Of a stretch of 28,954 bases of DNA, positions 1-10,303 are shown one piece after another. The notes under the pieces are model-generated. The model was not told where the DNA came from and made no database searches. It was given only the letters and a program-made list of their open reading frames with translations. The stretch is from Vicugna vicugna (taxonomy: Eukaryota): positions 3,141,520 to 3,170,473 of the forward strand of contig MU058844.1 in assembly GCA_013265495.1 (NCBI GenBank), written 5' to 3'. The translations under genes were made by a program, and so were the position numbers. The stretch's first letter is position 1. The number at the start of each line of letters is the position of its first letter.

Positions 1-78
1 CTGAAAGCAATCCTGTTTCTGAAGTACAAGGAGGCTGTTCTGATTAGAAGTAGAAAATACTCTTTAAAGAAAGATGGA

Positions 79-233
79 TGAGAGTGGTATATAGCTCAGT
101 GGTAGAGTGTGTGCTTAGCATGCGCGAGGTCCTAGGTTCAGTACACTCCATTTAAATAAGTAAAGAAAGAAAGAAAAAGCAAGCAAGCAAACAAGCTAAT
201 TACCTCTCCCCTGGTTGGGGAGGGGCGTAGAAA
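79..233 (+). mobile_element. tRNA-derived SINE, camelid Vic-1-like, with 13-bp target-site duplication
   Basis: tRNA-like head with A box TAGCTCAGTGGTAGA (92-106), then GTGCTTAGCATGC..GAGGTCCTAGGTTCA. The tail reads TAAATAAGTAAA...CTAATTACCTCTCCC. Identical flanks AAAGAAAGATGGA at 66-78 and 234-246; the left copy follows TTT, giving an L1-endonuclease-type TT/AAAG site. Family name is from recalled consensus. Confidence 0.88.
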
Positions 234-644
234 AAAGAAAGATGGACAATAAGTTTAGGTTGGTTGTATACAGAAATATAGAGAATGGTAAAAGGTTGGC
301 CACAATCAATCATATGCTAGAATAACAATAAAATGAATATTTTTATCCAAAAAGTCTTGAAAAGTAAATGTCATCAGCTTATACATTTTGAAATAAATTA
401 TGCACTTTTATAAATTGCAAATCAATTTATAAATCAATTAAATCAATAAAACTCATTTTAAAAATGCCAGGCCATGGAGTAGATGCAGCACAAAACAGAG
501 ACATTAAAAATGTTAAAGAAAAAAGTGAAATTTAAAAAAAATTAGTCTGACAGCAGTACGTAATCTGAACTGTTAAGTGGAAGGATATAAAGAGAAGTAA
601 ACAGTCAGATGCTTTCCAGCCATCTAAGTCTGTGATTATGAAGA

Positions 645-890
645 CAGTGGCATCTAAGAGCTGATTGGCTCTGGGGTCAGACAAACACTGGTTTAAATCC
701 CAGCCCTTCTTTCACCAGCTATTTGCCTTTGGACAAGACACTTGATTAAGACTCAATCTTATCTTCTATAAAATGGAGATGATAGTATTGTCCACCTCGT
801 GGAACTGTCATGAGAATTAAATGAGATGATATATAAGAAGCACACAGAATCCGGCACATAGAAAACACTCAAAACTTTTAACTGTCAGTA
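645..890 (+). mobile_element. MIR SINE, diverged
   Basis: GGCTCTGGGGTCAGAC..GGTTTAAATCCCAGC head, core CTTCTATAAAATGGAGATGATAGTA..GAGAATTAAATGAGATGATAT, tail CCGGCACATAGAAAACACTCAA. Confidence 0.85.
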
Positions 891-1149
891 TAATCATGAT
901 TGTTAAGAATGGTGGCAGTGGAAATGGAAAGACAAGGGATAAGGGTCACTTTGAAGACAATGTGATTAGGACACAGTAAATGTCTCCAGACTTTCTAACT
1001 GATCACTGAAACTTACTTGTTTAGGAAGTTGGTGGAGTCTAAAACCTTGCCTGATGTAGTCTGTCATGCCAGATATGTCACCCAAATCAGTTCTGTCCAC
1101 ATAGGGCAAAATATGGTCAGGACCATATTGTGAAGATTTCAGATTTAAC

Positions 1150-1372
1150 ATCATTGTCCAACAGGACTTTTTACAGTGAAGGAAATATTCTACATTGGAA
1201 CTGTCCAGTATCATAGACACTAGCCACGTGTGGTTATTGAGCCCCTAAAGTGTGGCAAGTACAACTAAGGAACTGTTTTTTTTTAAATTAATTTCATCAT
1301 ATTAATTAACAAATTTAATTTTAATTAAATGTGAATGGCCGCATGTGGCTAGTGGCTGCTTCTCTAGACACT
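1150..1372 (+). mobile_element. MER3 (hAT-Charlie non-autonomous DNA transposon)
   Basis: TGTCCAACAGGACTTT..GGAAATATTCTA..CTGTCCAGTA..CACTAGCCACGTGTGGTTATTGAGC, an AT-rich centre, then GGCCGCATGTGGCTAGTGGCT, with the internal inverted symmetry typical of MER3. Confidence 0.88.
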
Positions 1373-1949
1373 TGTACAGCTGCTATCATATCCAAGAAGG
1401 TCACTGATCAGGATGTAAACCCTGAGTGCAGATGCAGTCGGTATTGCTGGCTGGTGGCTGTGAGTACAGAAGATGTGCTCATAGGATCTCTCCCAAACTA
1501 GAAGCAGATTAGAACATAAGCTGAGATCACGACCACCTCAGAAGCAGAAAGTCCAATTCTTCATTTTATAATCCAAAGCTAACTTTGAATATGTTTACAT
1601 TATCTAATAGTTTACATAAATCTGAAGGGTGGATAGAGAAAAGGAAGTGAGTTAGGAGGTAAGAAAATAAGATGGGAGACACTGAAGACAGAAGTCCATC
1701 ATCTAGTCAGGAAGGAGTTAGGGTCCATCTGTTGCTCTCAGTCTCTGTGTACAAGTGGAGCTTGAGATGGAGGAGAAAGGAAGTAGTTTGATTTCACTTC
1801 TTCTTTTTGCCGTCTCCATCTATTCTTCTATTTCACTTCCAGTTTTAACCCTTAAACTAACTGCTTCCCTCCTCTGTCTTATTCCACAGTAGTGACAGCA
1901 CAGAGAAATATATAAGCATTCTGGGAAGCTCCTTTTGTCTTTCATAATT

Positions 1950-2353
1950 GAAGTAGAGGAACCAGGACAAGACAGATGGAGACATTGAACCGTGGTACAG
2001 TTGAACCAAAGGCTTCAGCAGATCCCATGGGGAAGCACTGGAGCTAGAATGGCCCTTCAAAGGGTCCTGGATTATCCTGAATTGAGGCAAAGAGGCTGGT
2101 CCTTTGAATTTCCCCTGGCCCCGCATGAGTTAGTCATGGAATGCAAGCTGTCCCTAGAGAGAAAGCATAGACTTGGGCAAGGCAGCTTTCCTTTGGCAGA
2201 GGACAGTGTCCAGAGAAAGAGGGAATTCCTGGAGAGGAAACTGGCTGTTTGTTTCAGCAACCAGCACTCCTAGCTGTTGACAGAAGGAATGAGCCTATAA
2301 AAGTGGGGCGGGCGAGGGGAGGCGTCTGGGCAGTGTGCCGCAGCAGCCACTAT
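1950..2353 (-). mobile_element. LTR33-like solo LTR (ERVL)
   Basis: GGAGCTAGAATGGCCCTTCA..CCTGAATTGAGGCAAAGAGGCTGG..AGTCATGGAATGCAAGCTG..GACTTGGGCAAGGCAGCT..AATTCCTGGAGAGG..CAGCACTCC..TCTGGGCAGTGTGCCGCAGCAGCCACTA follows the reverse-complement LTR33 consensus as I recall it. Confidence 0.78.
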
Positions 2354-2808
2354 GTTTCTGTCCCTGTCTTTGCCACGAGCAAGAGAACCTGAATAATCCA
2401 CCCAGCTTTCCCAAGCTTTTGTGTTCTTATCTGGATGCAAGGGAAGTGGAAGAGCTGCATTCTAGCTGATAGACTTTACACTCAGACTTTTTATTTTAAG
2501 GACTGTTCTCTGTTTTATTTATAAATTTGCTGTTTTTAAAATATCCTCAAGGCAAGGCAAAGCAGGGGCTTTTATGAGATTTTTTTTCTGATTTTCATAA
2601 AAATTGATGGCTCTATCAATGCACTGCTTCATTTAAAATAACCTCGAAGTCAACACTTAGTTTTCATAAGCTGAGGATTTCCTAATTTCTTTTATAAACA
2701 GCATATTCACAAGGTATGTGGCTTTTATTGTGCCACCTAGTTTTGTCACTGTGCTGTGGAATCCATTGCTTTATTTTGTGATCATAAGTTATATCTATTC
2801 ACCTTTAA

Positions 2809-2823
2809 ACACACACACACACA
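2809..2823. repeat. (AC)7 microsatellite
   Basis: ACACACACACACACA read directly. Confidence 0.9.
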
Positions 2824-2949
2824 GACCAACTTTCACTAATGAATCTAAAAAGACTTCAGAATACAATTTTATTTTTATTTATTTATTTTTTTTAGAGTAC
2901 AATTTTAATGTCACTGTGGTTGGGTGGGACTACTTTTAAACCACCCCTG

Positions 2950-3330
2950 AGGAAAAAGTTTATATCTCATTCTTAAATGTCTGCAAGGAGCTCTTTCAGA
3001 ATGTAGTATATCCTTCATTCAGTGATCAGCAACCGTCATAGTTAGGAAGTTCTTTCTGAAATCTAACCTAAATCTCTCCTACTGCAATTTCGAACCACTA
3101 CCTTTTCCATCCTTAATGAATTAGGAAAGGACCTGGTAATCACTGTCACTTACCTCTTACAGTTTTTATATGTTTAACTTCTTAAGAATTTATTAACACC
3201 TAAACATTCTCTCTTATATGACATTTTATCACACTCAGCTATCGTCTGCTTTTTAACTCTTGACAAATGTTAGTCTTTGGGGGGCATTTTTCTAGCTTCT
3301 CTATATATTCCATAAAGCATGGAGACCAAA
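2950..3330 (-). mobile_element. CR1/L3 LINE remnant (ORF2 C-terminus)
   Basis: Minus-strand translation of about 3018-3090 gives KLQ*ERFRLDFRKNFLTMTVADH*, matching the CR1 ORF2 terminal motif KLQQGRFRLDIRKNFLTVRVVKHW. Outer limits are uncertain. Confidence 0.8.
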
Positions 3331-4001
3331 CTTAATGAGTCTTTAAAACACCGTGAATGATGGAGTCTTTGTTATTTTAGGAGTTTGGCATGTTACAACC
3401 CAACATGGGTTAGCTTTCAAATTGCCTTAAACTATCCCTACATTAAAAATGTATATTGGATTATTTAACCTCAAGGAAGAAACAATTTTCCCATAAGACC
3501 TATTTATAAAGTAAGATTGTATCTTCCCTTATAGGGGAAGCTAATGTAAACAATTAATAACATATATCAGGTACAAAATGTTCTTAATGCTAATTCTTTC
3601 CAAATAATCTTTAAAATAACAAGACTAGTTCTGTCTATTAGAGGTTGGTTTTGAAGGACAAATATGTTAATTATTCCTAGTCTAATAATCAATACTTGGG
3701 CAGTTACTGTTTTCTCTGAAAGCAGTTTTCATGACCTCATTGGCTAATGTGAATTTCTGGTATGTAATCTTTCCTAATGTTAGCAAAATTAAAAGAAAAA
3801 AATGAATAGAGCTGCTTGACAGGCTTTTCTGTAAGCATATAAAGTTTAAAAGAATTACCCAGTGGAAAGGTATCCCATGCTGTTGAATTAGAAGAATTAA
3901 TATTATTAAAATGTCTATACTATCCAAAGAAATCTACAGATTTAGCATGATCCCTATCATATTACCCAGGAAATTTTTCATAGAACTAGAATAATCCTAA
4001 A

Positions 4002-4238
4002 ATGTATATGGAATCGCAGAACACCCAGAATTGCCACAGCAGTCCTGAAGGAAAAGAACAAAGCTGGAGGCATAATCCTCCCAGCTTCAGACAATACTAC
4101 AAAGTTGCAGTAATCAAAACAGTGTGGCACTGGCACAAAAGCAGACATATGGATCAGCAGAACAGAAGAGAGACTCCAGAAATAAACCCACACACCTATG
4201 GTCAGTTAATTTTCAACAAAGGAGGCAAGAATATATAG
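4002..4238 (+). pseudogene. L1 ORF2p fragment (non-functional)
   Basis: [47 protein letters not shown] matches the L1 ORF2p motif YYKATVxKTAWYW..RxIDQWNRxExPEIxPHxYxxLIFDK. The N-terminal part is out of frame and the ORF ends at a premature stop. Confidence 0.92.
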
Positions 4239-4674
4239 TGAAGAAAAAACAGTCCCTTCAGCACTTGGTAATGGGAAAGCTGGACAGCCACATATAAATC
4301 AGTGAAGTTAGAATACTCCCTCACACCATACATAAAAATAAACTCAAAATGGCTTAGAGACTTGAATATAAGACAGGATACCATAAACTCCCTAGAAGAG
4401 AACATAGGCAAAACATTCTCTGACATAAACCTCAGCAGTGTTTTCTAAGATCAATCTCCCAAGACAATAGAAATAAAAGCAAAAATTAACAAATGGGACC
4501 TAATCAAACTTATATGCTTTTGCACAGCAAAGGAAATCATAAACAAAATGAAAAGACAAACTACAGAATAGGTGAAAATATTTTCAAATCTTTCAACTGA
4601 CAAGAAGTTAATTTCCAAAATATATAGACAGCTCATACAGCTCACTATCAAAGAACAACCAACCCAATCAAAAA

Positions 4675-5019
4675 ATGGGCAGAAGACCAAATAGACATTT
4701 CTCCAAAGAAGACATACAGATGGCCAAGCACATGAAAAGGTGCCCAACATCACTAATTATTAGAGAAATTAAAATCAAAGCTAAGCTAAGGTATCACCTC
4801 ACACAGGCCAGAATGGCCATCTTTAAAAAGTGTACAAATAATAAATACTGGAGAGGGTGTAGAGAAAAGGAAACCCTCCTACACTGTTGGTGGGAACATA
4901 AATTGTTGCAGCCACTGTGGAGAACAGTATGGAGGTTCCTTAAAAAACTAAAAATGGTGTTGTCATACGACCAGCAATCCCATTCCTGGGCTTATATCTG
5001 GAAAAGACAGAAGCTCTAA
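4675..5019 (+). pseudogene. L1 ORF2p C-terminal cysteine-rich (CCHC) fragment, degenerate
   Basis: [69 protein letters not shown]. The first and last Cys of the C-X3-C-X7-H-X4-C knuckle are replaced by Y and H. Confidence 0.93.
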
Positions 5020-5034
5020 TTCAAAAAGATATAT

Positions 5035-5087
5035 CAACTGTACACCAGAAATTAACACAACATTGTAAATCAACTGTACTCAATTAA
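5035..5087 (+). mobile_element. Very short L1 3' tail nested inside the larger L1
   Basis: CTGTACACCAGAAATTAACACAACATTGTAAATCAACTGTACTCAATT-A7 is an L1 terminal sequence (compare 5638-5685). It interrupts TAATTCAAAAAGATA..CCCAATG, which is uninterrupted in the L1 at 18001-18030. Confidence 0.85.
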
Positions 5088-5534
5088 AAAAATACATGGA
5101 CCCCAATGTTCATAAGAGCACTATTTACAATAGGCAAGACATGGAAACAATCCAAGTGTCCATCAACAGTTGACTGGACAAAGAAGATGTGGTATAGATA
5201 TACAACTGAATACTACTCACCCATAAAAAAGAATGAAACAATGCCATTTGCAGCAACATGAGAAAAACAAATCTATGATATCATTTATATTTGGAATCCA
5301 AAAAATATATATATATATAAATGAACTTATTTACAAAACAGAAACAGACTCATAGACATAGAAAACAAACTTATGGTTACCAGAGGAAAAGGGGGGAAGG
5401 ATAAATTAGGAGTTTGGGATTAACAGATATACACAACTATAAATAAAATAGATTAAAAAACAGTAATTTACTGTATAGCACAGGGAACTATATTCAGTAT
5501 CTTGTAAAAACTTGAAAGGAATTGGAAAAAGAAT

Positions 5535-5622
5535 TTATATATATATATATATATATATATGTGTATATATATATATTTAGTTTTTTTATTTATTTATTCA
5601 TTCATTCATTCATTTATTTATA
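5535..5622. repeat. (TA)n plus (ATTT/ATTC)n compound microsatellite in the L1 3' UTR
   Basis: Read directly. Confidence 0.92.
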
Positions 5623-6254
5623 TCTGAATCACTTGCCTCTGAACACCTGAAACTAACACATTATAAATCAGCTATACTTCAACTGAAAAAAAGAAAACAA
5701 ATAAAGAGAATTATTCACACAAAGATGAAACAAAACTCAAATTTTGTATTTTGAGGAACATGGAGAAAGTACAAAAAAATTAAAATATACTTTCTATCTG
5801 GTATGTCAAATATAAAAGCAGTATAAAACATTTAAATTTTGCAGTGGTTTGTATATTCTATTTAACTGTAAATTTTATATTTATATATGGGAAGTAAGTA
5901 TATCATCTATACTTGTATTTTAAGACCCAGCCTCCTTCAGTGAACCTCTGCTTGGTGAGTTTATTACCTCCTAAAAGCTGGCTACCCACAAGTGCATGTC
6001 TATTGAAGAGTCTCATGACACCCGAATTTGGATCTCACCTGGTGTGTAGGTGCAGTAACTATCACCTGTGCCTCTTGGATTTATATAGCCTTGACCTTTT
6101 CCCAATTCTGACTGATGAGCTCTGGGCTGCTTCTCTGAAACTGTTGCTGCAACTGTCCCCACAGGCTGAGTGGTTCCACAAAACCCCTTTGCACGGAAAT
6201 AATTTCCCCGTTTCCACCCAGGCATACATGCAGACCTGAAGAATACTTTATCCT

Positions 6255-6465
6255 TTGGTGGTAGGTACTTTCTATGCATTAATTTATTTAATTTTACAAA
6301 AAAAAAAACTTTTGATGTAAGTACTATTGTCACTATTCTACATTTTAGAAAATTAAATCCAGAGAAATTAAATATCTTGCCCAAGCCACACTCCACTAAC
6401 GGCCAGAGACTGGATTTGAATAGGTATTTCTGACTGCAGTGCACAAATGTTTCCCATTATCCACT
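6255..6465 (-). mobile_element. MIR SINE, diverged
   Basis: TACTATT..CATTTTAG..CCAGAGAAATTAAATATCTTGCCCAAGCCACAC..GGCCAGAGACTGGATTTGAA..TCTGACTGCAG. Confidence 0.75.
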
Positions 6466-6494
6466 GAATACCCCCATTGCCATGTGTAGGCAGG

Positions 6495-6730
6495 ATAGCT
6501 TAGCACTTCAGAGTAGGGATGGTAGAGTTAAACTGTTAAAAGGGTCTCAAAAGCACTTCTCAGTTTATGACCTACTTGGCATCTCTACACTCCAAGTCCA
6601 TGATGTGTAAAATGGATGTAATAGTAGTATATAAGGCATAGAGTTGTGATAAGCATTCAGTGTGACTGTGTGTAAAATGCTTAGGAAAAAACTTGCCATG
6701 TAGTAAATACCATTAAATTAGTTATTATTC
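6495..6730 (+). mobile_element. MIR SINE, diverged
   Basis: CATGATGTGTAAAATGGATGTAATAGTAGTA..CATAGAGTTGTGATAAG..GTGTAAAATGCTTAG..GCCATGTAGTAAATAC. Confidence 0.72.
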
Positions 6731-7874
6731 TTTTATTTTTATCATGTGATGAAAATATCTTGCTGAAAAGCAAATGGCATAAAGGATGAAAAAGTGGTAG
6801 TAATGCATTAATTCAGTAGCCCGTGTACAGTCTGAAAATGGGTAACTAGTCACCTTGTAGACCTGCAGGGAAATGGAGACACTGAGCAGGTCTATTTGAC
6901 TATTGAACAAGGTAGATGGAGAAGTGCTTACAGTGGACAGTCCCTGGGGAGCAAGGGACACTAGAAGCCACCATTTAACATTAAATATGGGGAGAGTAAT
7001 TATAAAACTACTTGGAGTTAAATCCAGGCCTTAAATATTCACTATTTCCTAATTTGGGTCAAGACCTGGTATCTAATAAAATCCACAGTATGTTTGACAG
7101 CATTCCACATATCCTTATTTTCTTCTTGATTTGACTTTCAACTTCTTTATTTAACATTCTACTTCGTTGTCAACACCTCAGAGGAGAGTATTCTGCCTAA
7201 GTAGCAGACTTCATGGCAGCTTTCAACTCTGTCTTGTGCCTGATACCAAGATCTGAAAACACTCTAATCATCTTGTCACACTTTCAAAATTAAAGCATTG
7301 GTGGCATGATCAAAGGCTGAGATTCCATTGAGAACTCCACCTAGGATTTTAATCTGACTCCCTGTACATCCTGGTTGCAAACATATAAACATTTTTATTG
7401 TAGTGAATCCTTATGTAAATAGCATGCAGAGAAAAGGGTCATGAAAGTGACTACATCAATCAGAGTAAAGATGAATCCATTTATACCTTCACTTCTCCAA
7501 CTATCGCACAGTCAAAGGAATTTAGATTCCCGGTATGAGTTCAAATAAGCAACTGCTATATTAGAATAGAAGGAGCCTGAATGCCTACTTCATAGCACAA
7601 GACCAATGGAAGTATACCATGTTATTATGAATGCTTCAGTGAATTCTTAATAGTGCTTAATATTCATTCCTTTGAGTCCCTCTAATAAAATAAACCCTAA
7701 TACTGACTATGCTGTCAATTGCACATATTTTTGTTAGTGTATCAAATACACCCAGCTAATATTACTTTAATTCAATTCTATGAGTTTATAGCAAACCCTA
7801 CTCAGTAGTTACCATTGTGCTAAAACTTTGGCAGCTACAAAGAAGTAAAACCTAAGATATTTTAAATGTGTATA

Positions 7875-8105
7875 GATATTCACAAAGCATTTTCAATGAA
7901 AAACTTTTATTTGTCATGCATAATAATCCTGTGTGCTAGTTTGAATACAGCCAGTATTATCATCCCATTTTAGAGTATAAAAATCAAAATGAGCCAACTA
8001 AGCAAAAATCCATTTAAATAATTTGCCCAGAGTCTTGACTAGTAAGTTGCAGAGCCAAGACCCAAACCTTGGTCTTCTGTTTCAAAAAACCACATGCTTT
8101 CCACC
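7875..8105 (-). mobile_element. MIR SINE, diverged
   Basis: TATTATCATCCCATTTTAGAG..AAATAATTTGCCCAGAGTC..CTAGTAAGTTGCAGAGCCAAGACCCAAACC..TCTTCTG..ATGCTTTCCAC. Confidence 0.8.
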
Positions 8106-8319
8106 TTTAGATGGCCTGCAGACTCACTGCTGTGGCAAAGTTTCATAGAAATGTTGCCTTAAACCCTCTTGAAACAAGGCAGACAATAAATAAGACTTAG
8201 TTGCCCGAATGAAAAGACAACAGGCATTCTTCAAGTTAGAAAGTAAGAAGAATCCTTATGGCCTTTTTTGGTGGGAAAGGAAAACCTTCCTAGAAGAGTT
8301 GGAACTTCGTATGTTCCCA

Positions 8320-8860
8320 TGTTGGACCTTCATGTGTTGCTGAACTGTGTAGAGGCAGATGAGGAAAAGCCTGATTCCAACTTTGACTAACACAGGTAAC
8401 ATAGCAGAGTAGGAGCAGTGAGATACGGACCAGTCCAGCATGCCATGGGGGTGGGAGGTTCACGCTGGAGAGTAGCAGGTGATTGTAATTAACAAAGCAT
8501 AAGAGATTAAACGATAGAGAGCTTTATATCAGGCAAGGAATTTGGCCTGGATTCAGCAAACCACACAGAGTTGGGATAAAGGAAAAGATAATCCAGCAGC
8601 ATGGTGTGAGATGAATTAGAAGCGCCATCAAAATAAGGTTGGGATGGTGAAGCTTTGTATCAGGAACAGCACTGGGTCATTAAGAAGGACACCAAAGACT
8701 ATATTGTACATAGTGACCAATCTATGTTAAATGCAAAGAACAAAGGACAGAGGTGATCCCAAGAATTAGAGTTACCTGTATGATGATGGAGCCATTGACT
8801 AAATAGGAAAGCTAGTTTGCAGTCTGAGTATATTTGAAAGTAGTGGGGAGTGCAGTGGGT
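8320..8860 (-). mobile_element. Highly diverged L2 fragment
   Basis: Purine-rich antisense L2-like motifs: AAGGAATTTGG..GAAAAGATAATCCAGCAGCATGGTGTGAGATGAATTAGA..GATGATGGAGCCATTGACTAAATAGGAA. Confidence 0.55.
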
Positions 8861-10137
8861 AATGTTTGTAAAATGGCTTCCTCTTTTGACTGAAAGCAGG
8901 CTATGTCCTAATTCAAGGTCCTAGTTTCTTTAAATTGGAGACAAAGGAATGATTGAGCCATGATCAGTTTGTATCTTTTACAAAACATCCTACTTCCCGC
9001 TGTATCCTTAAGATACAACAGTTGGGCATATTTTGAAAGTTTTAAAATTTCCAAATGGCAGTGGTTTGGAGGCTATTGGAAAAATACCAAGAATCCAGTT
9101 ACCCTGGATGGAACTATACTTCTAAGAATCTTTTACAAAGAAAGGAAGGAAAGAAACTCACAGATATTATTTGGACCAAGTATGCACAGGCATTATGTAT
9201 GTGGGGCATCTGCATCTATCTTCCTTCAACCAGCTCTGGCAGCCCTTATAGTCACCATCAATAGGGATGTTAATAGTGTGTGGCAACGGAGTCTCAAAGA
9301 GGCTCAGTATGTATGGCAGAGTGTGCCTTCAAAGCGAGGTCTTCTGCTTTCAGTTTGGTGTGTAGCCAAAGGATATGGTTCTTCTATAAGTATGTCATGA
9401 AAAAAGGGAAAGAATCTGCTATATAAGGTCCTGATAAAAGAGAAAAGGGGGAGAAAGTACAAGATAGGATAGGGAAGGACACCACTGTCTTTAAAGAATA
9501 AAAACATAATAGAAAATAGAAATAACTTTAAGGCACAGTAATAAAATATAAGCTAGATAAATATATGCTAAAAAGATACAAAGGAAAGATGCACTCAGAG
9601 TGCATAATGTTGTTTTTAATATATCGTGTTAACAGAATCCAAAAATTATCTTATTTATGGTAACATTAGGAGTACTTCCTGAGGTTAAAAAACAAAGATT
9701 AAGGGATAAGATGTTTTAATCCTGAAAATTTAACCTACCTTCCATATTATTTAGAAATTAAGTGTGATACTTTTCCATCTAAGAGTGTCAAATGCTGTTT
9801 TTTGCCTCTCTACCTCAGTAAACATGTTGTTCTTCAGCATTTGCCTCGGTACAGAACCATCATCAACTCACAGCTTAGTCATGAAGTTCAAGAACTGAAA
9901 CCCAGAGAATTGTCCATATAAATGAAGATACTTAACTTGTGCAACATGACAGAAAACAAAATGTTTCTAATGGATGAATCATAACATAATAGGGACCATC
10001 CCACAAAAAAGCTTCACACTCTTTTAACATACAATTTTAAACCAATTTAATAATCACAAAAGAGTTCAGCTAATGTTGGATTTAGGAGAAGAAATAATTT
10101 ACAATCAGGTCGTTCACTGGAATTTGACTCTACATTT

Positions 10138-10303
10138 CAGTGGTCCTCAACCTTGACCATGCATCAGAATCACCTGCGAGGCTTTGTAAAAACACCTGCT
10201 GAGTCAGAACCTGTGAAGGTGCAGCCTGCACTTCTTTGTCTGGAAAAAAAAAAAAAAAAGCTCCACGAATGATTCAAATGCACGAGCCAGGTTGAGAATT
10301 CTG
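10138..10303. mobile_element. MER5-family (MER5A/B) hAT-Charlie MITE
   Basis: Terminal inverted repeats CAGTGGTCCTCAACCT / AGGTTGAGAATTCTG; internal CATCAGAATCACCTG..AAAAGCTCC..TGATTC; expanded internal poly(A). Confidence 0.85.

Larger units (their letters stand above)
3858..5700 (+). mobile_element. 5'-truncated LINE-1 (ORF2 C-terminal part plus 3' UTR), artiodactyl/camelid type
   Basis: Continuous L1 ORF2 homology with stops and frameshifts. The 3' UTR contains GTATAGCACAGGGAACTATATTCAGTATCTTGTAA..CACCTGAAACTAACACATTATAAATCAGCTATACTTCAA followed by an A-rich tail. Possible degenerate TSD AGAATTA at 3851-3857 and 5707-5713. Confidence 0.95.

Noticed and set aside
80..150. Functional tRNA gene
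   Set aside because: It is the tRNA-derived head of a SINE: the T arm and B box are truncated, no acceptor stem forms, and it has a TSD and an A-rich tail.
1857..2273. Overlapping ORFs on both strands
   Set aside because: They lie largely within the more GC-rich LTR33-like element, where stops are rarer, and show no protein homology.
3978..4753. Hydrophobic minus-strand ORFs resembling membrane proteins
   Set aside because: They are antisense translations of A-rich L1 ORF2 sequence.
5925..5954. 30-nt plus-strand exon (TTTTAAG ... GTGAGT)
   Set aside because: Weak AAG acceptor and no peptide match; such site pairs are frequent by chance.
6255..6730. Oppositely oriented MIR pair as a dsRNA or editing substrate (also 25270-25795)
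   Set aside because: The copies are too diverged from each other to form a long duplex.
6922..6935. AAGTGCTTACAGTG, 14 nt shared with mature miR-17
   Set aside because: The match breaks at both ends and I see no complementary arm for a pre-miRNA hairpin, so it is probably chance.
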